Shown one piece after another: positions 50,501 to 62,747 of a DNA stretch of 64,000 bases (its first letter is position 1; the number at the start of each line of letters is the position of its first letter). The notes under the pieces were generated by a model that worked only from the letters and a program-made list of their open reading frames with translations, made no database searches and was not told the origin of the DNA. Position numbers and translations under genes: made by a program. This stretch comes from Anaeramoeba ignava BMAN (lineage: Eukaryota > Protista > Anaeramoebae): assembly GCA_028826165.1 (NCBI GenBank), contig JAPDFW010000019.1, positions 1 through 64,000 of the forward strand. Direction: 5' to 3'.

Positions 50501-50959
50501 TCAAGCCGACCCAAAGTTAACGGTACAACAGTCCTGTCTCTGCTCTATGAACCTTTTCTCCCTTCACATTACTACTACGCTCCCTTGTCTCTCTTTGTAC
50601 GTTTCTGTCTCGTTGCCGTTGCTGTGCTGATCACAAACTCGGCAGTTCGAACCTTTGTTATTTCCCTATTTTGCGTACTTTTTCTTTCCTTTAATCTTCT
50701 AACTCGTCCCTTTGTCTCTTCTTACGCTAACTGGCTGAACACAGCCACTCTTTCTGTCCTTTGTCTTGCTGCTGGGCTTGGCATGATCCATGCTTCTTGG
50801 CAATTCAGTGGTTTGATGCCGTATCTTGGCCCAATCAAAAATTATGGTTATGGTCTTGATTATTCAATTTTGTCATTATGTTCAGCTCTTTTTCTTTATT
50901 TTCTTTTTAGGTATGTTCGCCTCTTTGCCAGACATCGCCATTGTTTCGGTTGTAAGTAA
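47511..50959 (+). CDS. Cell-surface multipass membrane protein: signal peptide, pectin-lyase-like/Pmp-type beta-helix, Cys-rich linker, multiple TM helices
   Basis: 8-nt first exon ATGAAAAA plus intron 47519-47580 gives MKKISLICILIILV; FxxN...GG(A) repeats; CEPCAAGTFS, CPVDYC, NRTGLICTECAAGF; hydrophobic C-terminal segments flanking an acidic Ser-rich loop. Confidence 0.85.
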
Positions 50960-51015
50960 AGTAAAGTGTCTGGTTTTTTTTTTTTCTTTCAAAACAGAAT
51001 TAACAAAAATTAAAA

Positions 51016-51490
51016 TAAAAAATAAATAAAATTATTAAAAATAAAAAATTTAAAAAATTTAAAAAATTTTCCTCAATTCCACTTTTTATTCTTTTTAAAT
51101 CTAATTTAATTTAATTTAATTTATTTTATTTCTTTTCTTGTTCTTTTTCAATTTAATTTAATTCAAAAAAATAAATAAAATTATTAAAAAAATAAAAAAT
51201 AAAAAATTTTCCTCAATTCCACTTTTTTTATTATTTTTTTAATTTAATTTAATTTAATTTAATTTAATTTAATTTATTTTAATTCATTTCTTTTATTTTC
51301 TTGTTCTTTTTCTTGTTCTTTTTCAATTTAATTTAATTTAAAAAAATAAATAAAATTATTAAAAATAAAAAATTTAAAAAATTAAAAAAATTTTCCTCAA
51401 TTCCACTTTTTTTATTCTTTTTTTAATTTAATTCAATTTAATTTAATTTATTTTAATTTATTTCATTTCTTTTCTTGTTCTTTTTCTTGC
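51016..51490. repeat. Three tandem copies (~140-185 bp) of the DCN1 3' end and flank
   Basis: ttttcctcaattccacttttt near 51068, 51207 and 51392, each followed by ttcttgttctttttc. Confidence 0.82.
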
Positions 51491-54284
51491 ATATAATCAA
51501 CAAAATCATCAATTAAAACAGGCCAAGCTGAATAAGGATCATAATTAGAAAAATCTTTGTTAATTGTTTGAATAAAATCCAAAAATAAATTCCAAGTATC
51601 TTGATTAATTTCTTGTTGATTCTAAAAAAACAAGAAAAAAATATAAAATATTTAAAACAAATTTTTAAAATATAAATTTCCAAAAAAAAATTTTTACAGA
51701 AACAAATTCCATCCAATCTTGAAGATGTGGATATTTATCTTTAAGAATTATTCCCCATAAAACAGATGCTTCTTGTGATGCTTTTTTTTTTTAAAAAATA
51801 TTTGAATTAAGTTTTTTTAAAATGAATTATTTTTTCTTTTTCTTTTTTTTTCTTTTTCTTTGTTTTTTTTTACGAATTGTTCTTCGATCTGGTGTTTCTT
51901 TTGAAAATAAAAAAACAAATTTATAAAAATTTTCAAATTCTTCTTTTTTTTCTAATCTTTTTTGAAATTCAACAACTTTTTGTTTCATTCTTTCTAAAGT
52001 ATCACAACTATTTATAGAAAAAATAAATGAAAATAAAAATCAAATTTCATTTTTAAATTCATATTTAAATTAATATTTAAATTCCATTTTTAAATTCATT
52101 TTTAAATTCCATTTTTAAATTAATATTTAAATTAATATTTAAATTCATTTTTAAATTCCATTTTTAAATTCATATTTAAATTCATTTTTAATTTCATATT
52201 TAAATTCATTTTTAAATTCATATTTAAATTCATTTTTAAATTCCATTTTTAAATTCCATTTTTAAATTCATTTTTAAATTCATTTTTAAATTCATTTTTA
52301 AATTAATTTTTAAATTCATTTTTAAATTTCATTTTTAAATTCCATTTTTAAATTCCATTTTTAAATTAATTTTTAAATTTCATTTTTAAATTCATTTTTA
52401 AATTCCATTTTTAAATTCCATTTTTAAATTCATTTTTAAATTCATTTTTAAATTAATATTTAAATTAATTTTTAAATTCATTTTTAAATTCATTTTTAAA
52501 TTCCATTTTTAAATTCCTTTTTAAATTCATTTTTAAATTAATTTTTAAATTCCATTTTTAAATTCATTTTTAAATTCATTTTTAAATTCATTTTTAAATT
52601 AATATTTAAATTAATTTTTAAATTCATTTTTAAATTCCATATTTAAATTCATTTTTAAATTCATTTTTAAATTCATATTTAAATTAATATTTAAATTCCA
52701 TTTTTAAATTCATTTTTAAATTAATATTTAAATTCATATTTAAATTAATATTTAAATTCATTTTTAAATTCCATTTTTAAATTCATTTTTAAATTCCATT
52801 TTTAAATTCCATTTTTAATTTCATATTTAAATTCATTTTTAAATTCATATTTAAATTCATTTTTAAATTCCATTTTTAAATTAATTTTTAAATTCATTTT
52901 TAAATTCATTTTTAAATTCCATTTTTAAATTCCATTTTTAAATTAATTTTTAAATTCATTTTTAAATTCCATATTTAAATTCATATTTAAATTCATTTTT
53001 AAATTCATTTTTAAATTCCATTTTTAAATTCATTTTTAAATTCATTTTTAAATTCCATTTTTAATTTCATATTTAAATTCATTTTTAAATTAATATTTAA
53101 ATTCATTTTTAAATTCATTTTTAAATTCCATTTTTAAATTCATTTTTAAATTCCATTTTTAAATTCATTTTTAAATTCCATTTTTAAATTCCATTTTTAA
53201 ATTCATTTTTAAATTCATTTTTAAATTCATTTTTAAATTCATTTTTAAATTCCATTTTTAAATTCATTCTTAAATTCATTCTTTTTTTTACCGTTCTTTC
53301 CACCAATTATTAACAAATTCGTCTTTTGTAAATAATCCAGCTTCTTTTGCTTGTAAAAAATAACAAATTATTAATGTATCAACATGTAATAATTCAATTC
53401 CAAGATCTGAAAAATATTGTCCAACTCCTTCAATCTCTATTTTGCCACTTTTCTTATCTTTAAAATTAAAATCAATTTGAAAATTAAAATTAAAATTAAA
53501 ATTAAAATTAAAATCAAAATCAATTTGAAAATTAAAATTAAAATTAAAATTAAAAATTAAATTTAAAATTAAATTCAAAATCAATTTGAAAATTAAAATC
53601 AAAATTAAAATTAAAATTAAAATTAATATTAAAATTAAAATTAAAATTAAAATTAAAATCAAAATTAAAATTAAAATTAAAATTAAAATCAAAATCGGAA
53701 AAAATTTACTATAATAAGACTCAAAAAGACTAACTAAACGTTCTAGTTTTGGAGGACCAACATCTTTTTTAATAGGTTTTTTTTCAGGTTTAGGAACTTC
53801 TATTTCTTTCTTTTCTTCTTTTTCTTCTTTTTTTTGTTGAAAAATTGATGAAGAAAGATTTTCATTTTTTTCAGGAATTTCATCAAGACTTAACTCAACT
53901 ATTTCAGCAACTCCAACTTCCTTATTTGTCTTTTGAGTTTGTGAAAATGCTTCAAAACATGTTTGTAAATTCCAATCATAACTTTGTATAAATCCTAAAC
54001 TGATTTCTTCACTATATTTTTCAAAAAAATTTTTTCATTTCGTTTTTTTTTTCAATTCATTTTTTTAATTCATTTTTCTTTTAAAAAAATTATATTGTTT
54101 TTTGTTGTTTTTTCTTTTTTATTTTTATTTTTGATTTTAAACCTTGTTATTGAAAAATCACTAAAAATTCTTAATTGATCTTCTTGAAATTCGGTTAATG
54201 ACTTTAATTTCCAAATTTTGAATTTTTTCAAAATAAATTTTTTAAATAAATTTTCATTGAGTTTTGCTTTTATTTTTTTACCAT
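51463..54284 (-). CDS. DCN1: DCN1-like cullin neddylation E3 (UBA-like + PONY domain); 7 exons
   Basis: ATG-only first exon; UBA-like [12 protein letters not shown]; [57 protein letters not shown]. Introns 54281-54202, 54142-54012, 53709-53458, 53291-52008, about 51872-51781, 51697-51622. Confidence 0.92.
52045..53280. repeat. Intronic 12-13 bp array (TTTTTAAATTCA / TTTTTAAATTCCA)n
   Basis: Fills DCN1 intron 52008-53291. Confidence 0.92.
53462..53695. repeat. Intronic (AAAATT)n array
   Basis: Fills DCN1 intron 53458-53709. Confidence 0.85.
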
Positions 54285-54374
54285 TTTAATTTGTAAATAA
54301 TTTTTTTTTGAAAGAATAACAATAAAAAATGAAAAAAAAAATGAAAAAAAAAATCGGAAAAAAATTAAAATTTT

Positions 54375-57300
54375 TTTAATAGATTTAAATTTAGTTAAAT
54401 TAGGGAAAATTATTTAAATATGTTTATTAAATAGATCTATTTATTAATTTATATTAATTATTATTTAATTATTTTTATATAATTTAAATCAAAAATAAAT
54501 TAATTTAAAATATTTTTTGTTTTCTTTATTCCATTTTTTAATTAGATTTTAATTTAGATAAATTAGGTAAAATTATTTAAATATATTTATTAAATAGATC
54601 TATTTATTAATTTATTATATTTATTATTTAATTATTTTTATATAATTTAAATCAAAAATAAATTAATTTAAAAATATTTTTGTTTTCTTTATTCCATTTT
54701 TCATCAAGTTTAATTTAAATAAATTAGGTAAAATTATTTAAATATATTTTATGTTATTTATTAATTATTTTTAATTTATTATTTTTATATAATTTAAATC
54801 AAAATTAAATTAATTTTAAAATATTTTTTATTTATTCCATTTTTTAATTAGATTTAAATTTAAATAAATTAGGTAAAATTATTTAAATATATTTATTAAA
54901 TAGATCTAATTATTAATTTATTATATTTATTATTTAATTATTTTTATATAATTTAAATCAAAAATAAATTAATTTAAAATATTTTTGTTTTCTTTATTCC
55001 ATTTTTAATTAGATTTAAATTTAAATAAATTAGGTAAAATTATTTTAAATATATTTATTAAATAGATCTATTTATTAATTTATATTAATTATTATTTAAT
55101 TATTTTTATATAATTTAAATCAAAAATTAAATTAATTTAAAAATATTTTTGTTTTCTTTATTCCATTTTTAATTAGATTTAAATTTAGTTAAATTAGGTA
55201 AAATTATTTAAATATATTTATTAAATAGATCCATTTATTAATTTATATTAATTATTATTTAATTATTTTTATATAATTTAAATCAAAATTAAATTAATTT
55301 AAAATATTTTTGTTTTCTTTTATTCCATTTTTCATCAAGTTTAATTTTAAATAAATTAGGGAAAATTATTTAAATATATTTATTAAATAGATATATTTAT
55401 AAATTTATATTTATTATAATTTAATTATTTTTATATAATTTAAATCAAAAATAAATTAATTTTAAAATATTTTTGTTTTCTTTATTCAATTTTTAATTAG
55501 ATTTTTAATTTAAATAAATTAGGGAAAATTATTTAAATATATTTTATAAATAGATCTAATTATTAATTTATTATATTTATTATTTAATTATTTTTATATA
55601 ATTTAAATCAAAAATAAATTAATTTAAAATATATTGTTTTATTTATTCCATTTTTCATCAAGTTTAATTTAAATAAATTAGGTAAAATTATTTAAATATA
55701 TTTTATGAATAGATCTATTTATTAATTTATATTTATTATAATTTAATTATTTTTATATAATTTTAATCAAAAATAAATTAATTTTAAAATATTTTTGTTT
55801 TCTTTATTCCATTTTTAATTATATTTAATTTAAATAAATTAGGTAAAATTATTTAAATATATTTTATAAGTAGATCTATTTATTAATTTATATTAATTAT
55901 TATTTAATTATTTTTATATAATTTAAATCAAAAATAAATTAATTTTAAATATTTTTATTTTCTTTATTCCATTTTTAATTAGATTTTAATTTAAAATAAA
56001 TTAGGTAAAATTATTTAAATATATTTTATAAGTAGATCTATTTATTAATTTTATATTTATTAATTAATTATTTTTATATAATTTAAATCAAAATTAAATT
56101 AATTTTAAATATTTTTGTTTTATTATCCCCTTTTTATTTATTTTTTTTCATCAAGTTGAATTTAAATAAATTAGGGAAAATTATTTAAATATATTTATTA
56201 AATAGATCTATTTATTAATTTATATTATTTATAATTTAATTATTTTTATATAATTTTAATCAAAAATAAATTAATTTAAAATATTTTTGTTTTCTTTTAT
56301 TCAATTTTTAATTATATTTAATTTAAATAAATTAGGGAAAATTATTTAAATATATTTTATAAGTAGATCTATTTATTAATTTATATTAATTATTATTTAA
56401 TTATTTTTATATAATTTTAATCAAAAATAAATTAATTTAAAATATTTTGTTTTATTATCCCCTTTTCTATTTATTTTTTTCATCAAGTTTAATTTAAATA
56501 AATTAGGAAAATTATTTAAATATATTTATTAAATAGATCTATTTATTAATTTATATTATTTATAATTTAATTATTTTTATATAATTTTAATCAAAAATAA
56601 ATTAATTTTAAAATATTTTTTGTTTTCTTTATTCCATTTTTAATTAGATTTAAATTTAGTTAAATTAGGTAAAATTATTTAAATATATTTATTAAATAGA
56701 TCTATTTATTAATTTATATTAATTATTATTTAATTATTTTTATATAATTTTAATCAAAAATAAATTAATTTAAAATATTTTTGTTTTCTTTATTCCATTT
56801 TTTCATCAAGTTTAATTTAAATAAATTAGGTAAAATTATTTAAATATATTTATTAAATAGATCTATTTATTAATCTATATTAATTATAATTTAATTATTT
56901 TTATATAATTTAAATCAAAAATAAATTAATTTAAAATATTTTTGTTTTTATTTATTCCATTTTTAATCAATTTTAATTTAAATAAATTAGGTAAAATTAT
57001 TTAAATATATTTTATGAATAGATCTATTTATTAATCTATATTAATTATAATTTAATTATTTTTATATAATTTAAATCAAAAATAAATTAATTTAAAATAT
57101 TTTTGTTTTCTTTATTCCATTTTTTTAATTATATTTAATTTAAATAAATTAGGGAAAATTATTTAAAATATATTTTATAAATAGATCTATTTATTAATCT
57201 ATATTTATTATAATTTAAATTATTTTTATATAATTTTAATCAAAAATAAATTAATTTAAAATATTTTTGTTTTCTTTATTCCATTTTTAATTAGATTTAA

Positions 57301-57856
57301 ATTTAAAATAAATTAGGTAAAATTATTTAAATATATTTTATAAATAGATCTATTTATTAATTTATATTTATTATAATTTAATTATTTTTATATAATTTAA
57401 AAGTCAAAAATAAATTAATTTAAAAATATTTTGTTTTTATTATCCCCTTTTTATTTATTTTTCATCAAGTTTAATTTAAATAAATTAGGTAAAATTATTT
57501 AAATATATTTTATAAATAGATCTAATTATTAATTTATTATATTTATTATTTAATTATTTTTATATAATTTAAATCAAAAATAAATTAATTTCAAAATATT
57601 TTTTGTTTTCTTTATTCCATTTTTTCATCAAGTTTAATTTAAATAAATTAGGTAAAATTATTTAAATATATTTTATAAATAGATCTATTTATTAATTTAT
57701 ATTTATTATTAATTAATTATTTTTATATAATTTTAATCAAAAATAAATTAATTAAAAAAATATTTTTATTTTCCATTTTTTATTCCATTTTTTAATCAAG
57801 TTTAATTTAAATAAATTAGGTAAAATTATTTAAATATATTTTATAAATAGATCTAT
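54375..57856. repeat. ~162-bp tandem satellite, about 21-22 copies, between divergent promoters
   Basis: Anchors AAATTAGG(T/G)AAAATTATTTAAAT and TAGATCTA recur every ~160-170 bp. Confidence 0.93.
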
Positions 57857-58206
57857 TGAAAGAATTAATAAAAATTTAAATAAAATAAAAACAAAATGAA
57901 AGTAAAAAAAAAACTCAAAACTGAAAAGTAAAAAAAAAATTTTCTTTTTTAATTTTTTTAAATTTTTTAATTTAAGAATAAGAATAAGAATAAAATAAAA
58001 TAAAAAGCTATTCTGCCCCTGACAAATAAACAACAATAAAACAGAAAAACAAAACAAAAAAATTAATAAAAAAAAATTTAATAAAAAAAAAAAATAAAAA
58101 AACTTCTTAATTTGTATTTATTTTTCTTTTTTTACTTTTTCTTCTTTTTTTCTTTTCTTATTTTTCCTTTGTTCTTTTCAATATAAAAAAAAATTTTTTT
58201 CTTTTA

Positions 58207-59967
58207 ATGAAATCCCAAAAAAACTTAAACTCTTTTAGTACTTCTTCAAGTGATTCTTTAAGTGATTCAGAAAGTGATTCTGAAAATTTAAAAATGAGAT
58301 CAAAGAAAGAAAAAAATCAAAACCAAAATCAAGATGAAGATGAAAATCAAAATGGAAATGATGAAGATGAAGATGAGGAAATAAAATTTATTTTCCAAAA
58401 TCAACAAAACCATCAAAAATTCACAAATAAAAACAAAAAAATATTTAATAAGCAACAACAAAATAAATTTCAAGATCCTTCATTTCAGAATATCAAAATT
58501 TACACTCAAGAAAATTCATTGGGAACAACATTTCAACCAAAAAAATCAATTAGTCAAAAAGACTTTCCAATTAACACTTATCAAAATAAAAATGAATATC
58601 AAAATGAATATGAAAATCAAAATGAATATGAAAGTGAAAATGAAAGTGAAAATGAAAGTGAAAATGAAAGTGAAAATGAAAATGAAAATGAAAATGAAAA
58701 TGAAAATGAAAATCAAAATGAAAATCAAAATCAAAATCAAAATGAAAATGAAAATCAAAATGAAAATGAAAATGAAAATCAATATCAATATGAAAATGAA
58801 AATGAAAAAAATGAAAATGAAAATGAAAATGAAAATGAAAATGAAAATGAAAATGAAAATGAAAATGAAAATGAAAATGAAAATCAAAATGAAAATGAAA
58901 ATCAAATCAAAATGAAAATGAAATTCAAAATGAAAATGAAATTGAATATGAAATTCAAATTGAAAATGAATATCAAAATGAAAATCAAAATCAAAATGAA
59001 TATCAAAATGAAAATGAAAATCAAAATCAAAATCAAAATCAAAATCAAAATCAAAATCAAAATCAAAATCAAAATCAAAATGAAAATCAAAATCAAAATG
59101 AAATTCGATTCGATACTTCAAATAGTGATATTGATGATGAATTAAAAATTGAGGATAATATAAATGAAGAAAATGATTTATTTGAAATTTGTGATATAGA
59201 TTATAATAACCAAAACCAAAACCAAATTCAAAATCAAAATCAAATTCAAAATAAAAATCAATATCCAAATCCAAATCCAAATCCAAATCAATATCAATAT
59301 CAATATCAATATCAATATCAATATCAATATCAAAATCAATATCAAAATCAAAATCAATATCAAAATCAAAATCCAATTCAAAATCAAAATCAAAATCAAT
59401 ATTCAAATCAATATCAAAATCTAAATCAAAATTTTCAAGAGTTAACAGATCTTCAACAATACCAACAATATCAACAATATCGACAATATCAACAATATCA
59501 ACAAGAATTACTTCAACAGATGGAAAATCCAGATACAGAGAGATTTCCTCAAAATTTTTCAGAAAATCCTTCAGAAAATCCTTTAGAAGATAATTTATCT
59601 ACTTTTATTTTATCAAGTGCTGATGAGTTTAAAGAATTTGCAAAATATTTATTTGTTCCAGATTCACGAACATCAAATACACAAGCAACAACAAGTAAAA
59701 TATTAAATATAAAATATTAAATATAAAATATAAAAATTGATAAAATTATTTTTCAATTTTTTAGTTGAACCAGAAAAAGTGAAATCACTTGGTGGTTTTG
59801 TTATAAATTTAATGTCAAGATATCATGAAGCTTTACAAATGAGAAACTATCAACATCAACAAAAATTAGATAATATTTCAAATTCTTTTAAGCAACATAA
59901 CAACTTATTTAAATTACAAATTGCTCATTTAAATAATGAAATAGAGAAATTAAACAAAAAAAAATAA
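58207..59967 (+). CDS. Low-complexity N/E/Q-rich protein with a short coiled-coil C-terminus; 2 exons, frameshift near 58905
   Basis: ENEN/QNQN tracts; the frame resumes as EIRFDTSNSDIDDE...MENPDTERF; intron 59695-59764 joins to EPEKVKSLGG. Confidence 0.6.
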
Positions 59968-60347
59968 TTTGAGTTTTCTTTTTTAATTAGTATTGAATTT
60001 CTCAATTCTATTTCCCTTTTTTTTTTTCCATTTCCTTTTTGATTGACTCAAAAAATATTTTTTGGATTTGATTGAAAAATGTAGATTGAAAAATTCCTCT
60101 TTTAATTTTTTAATATTTTAATTTGTTTTTTTTTTTTTTAAATTTTTAAATTGTTTTTTTATTTTGAAAGGGAAAAGAAAAAGAATTTTGTTTGGATTTT
60201 TTTTAGAAACAATTTTTATTCTACTTTTATAAATTTTTCTTTTATTAAAAAATAACTAAAATAAAATAAAATCGTTGAATTTTTTTTTCATTTTTTTCAT
60301 TTTTTTTTCAATTTTTTTCAATTTTTTTTTTTAATTATTAATACAAA

Positions 60348-62742
60348 ATGAATTCAAATATTTTTCAAAAAATTGGGAATAAAGTCAGGAATCCACAACC
60401 ATTAATTTCCGTAAGTGAAATCTGAAAAGAAATTAATTTTGTTATAAATAATTTGTGAATAAATTATAAATTAAATTATAAATTAAATAATAAATAAAAT
60501 TATAAATAAAATTATAAATTAAATTATAAATTAAATTATAAATTAAATTATAAATAAAATTATAAATTAAATTATAAATAAAATTATAAATAAAATTATA
60601 AATAAAATTATAAATAAAATTATAAATAAAATTATAAATAAAATTATAAATAAAATTATAAATAAAATTATAAATAAAATTATAAATAAAAATATAAATA
60701 AAATTATAAATAAAATTATAAATAAAATTATAAATAAAATTATAAATTAAATTATAAATTAAAATATAAATTAAAATTAAAATAAAATTATAAATTAAAT
60801 TATAAATAAAAATATAAATAAAAGATAAATAAAAATATAAATAAAATTATAAATAAAAATTATAAATTAAATTATAAATAAAATTATAAATAAAATTATA
60901 AATAAAATTATAAATAAAATTATAAATTAAAAATAAATAAAATAAATTAAATTATAAATAAAATTATAAATAAAATTATAAATAAAAATTATAAATAAAA
61001 TTATAAATAATATTATAAATAAAATTATAAATAAAATTATAAATAAAATTATAAATAAAAATTATAAATTAAAATTATAAATAAAATTAAATAAAATAAA
61101 TAAAAATTATAAATAAAATATAAATAAAATTATAAATAAAAATTATAAATAAAATTATAAATAAAAATATAAATTAAAATTATAAATAAAATATAAATTA
61201 AAATTATAAATTAAATTATAAATAATTAAATTATAAATAAATTAAAATTATAAATAAAATTATAAATAAATTATAAATAAATTATGTAAATTATAAATAA
61301 AATTATAAATAAAAATTATAAATTAATAAAATTATAAATTAAATTATAAATTAAAATTATAAATAAAAATTATAAATAAAATTATAAATAAAAATTATAA
61401 ATAAAATTATAAATAAAATTATAAATAAAATTATAAATTAAATTATAAATTTAAAATTATAAATTAAATTATAAATTAAATTATAAAATAAAATTATAAA
61501 TTAAATAAAATTTAATTATAAATAAAATTATAAATAAAATTATAAATAAAATTATAAATAAAATTATAAAATAAAATTATAAATAAAAATATAAAATAAA
61601 AATAAAAAAAAATTATAAATAAAATTATAAATAAATTATAAATTAATTATAAAAAACAAAAATAAAATTATAAATAAAATTATAAATTAAATTATAAATT
61701 AAATTATAAATAAAATTATAAATAAAATTATAAATTAAATTATAAAATAAAATATAAATAAAATTATAAATTAAATTATAAATTAAAATATAAATAAAAT
61801 TATAAATAAAATTATAAATAAAATTATAAATTAAATTATAAATTAAATTATAAATTAAATTATAAATAAAATTATAAATAAAATATAAATTTCTAAATAA
61901 ATAAAATTATAAATTAAAATATAAATAAAAAAAGGAAATAATTCAACAAGATTCAGAAAAACAAAAAGAATTATTAACAGATCTACGAGAGCAACTGACT
62001 GATCTTCTAAGCAACAAGAAAGATCTATTAAATTTACAAGAACAATTTGATAAATACAAAATGGAGTGTCAAGAACAAATGAAAGGATTAGAAGCACAAA
62101 ACAAAGAATACAAAGAAGAAATAAACAAGCTTCTTGAAGAAAAACGAGAAGCCAAAGAAGATCTTGAAACGATGAAAGGACAATTTGACAGTTTTCTAAT
62201 AGAAATAAATAAATATCAAGAAGTAATCAAGCGACTAGAAAATCAATTTCAAAATGCAAAACAAGAAAAAGACGAGTTAGAAGAGGCGAATAAGAACTTA
62301 AGGTCCGAATTAAATCGGGGACGTTACGAGCAACAGAAGGCGGATAACTATAGAACAGAACTTGAAAGTCACATTGGCGAATTGCAAAGCAACAACGCAG
62401 CTCTTCAGCAGGAAATCATGAGTTCGAAGAGGCAAAAAGACGATGCAGACAAGCATGGATCCCTCGTTCATGCTCAGCTCGCAAGAATCCTTGCAAAGCC
62501 TCAACAGCCAGTACTGTCAAATTCCGATAATGTTTGGGATGTTGTTGATAATGATATAAATGATCTTCATCATCTTGTTTTTCAATTGAGAAATCAAGTC
62601 AAAGACCTCGATTCAGATGCTCAGATTTATAAACAAAATACTCAGAAACTCGAACAGGATAATGCTGGTCTTAGAGCTAAAATTATTAATCATAATCGTA
62701 ATATTTCTACTTATGATTATGCTGTAAAGTTGCTTTTAAGAG
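60348..62742 (+). CDS. Coiled-coil protein, first two exons (gene continues beyond the window)
   Basis: Exon 60348-60410 MNSNIFQKIGNKVRNPQPLIS, intron 60411-61934, exon 61935-62742 in frame with ORF 62061; donor GTAATT at 62743. Confidence 0.78.
60460..61925. repeat. Intronic 11-bp array (AAATTATAAAT-type)n
   Basis: Fills intron 60411-61934. Confidence 0.9.
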
Positions 62743-62747
62743 GTAAT

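Noticed and set aside
47628-50520. Multiple overlapping antisense and alternate-frame ORFs
   Set aside because: Expected by-product of higher GC within the 1123-aa gene
54375-57856. CRISPR array or transposon
   Set aside because: Plain tandem satellite with no spacers, terminal repeats or transposase ORF
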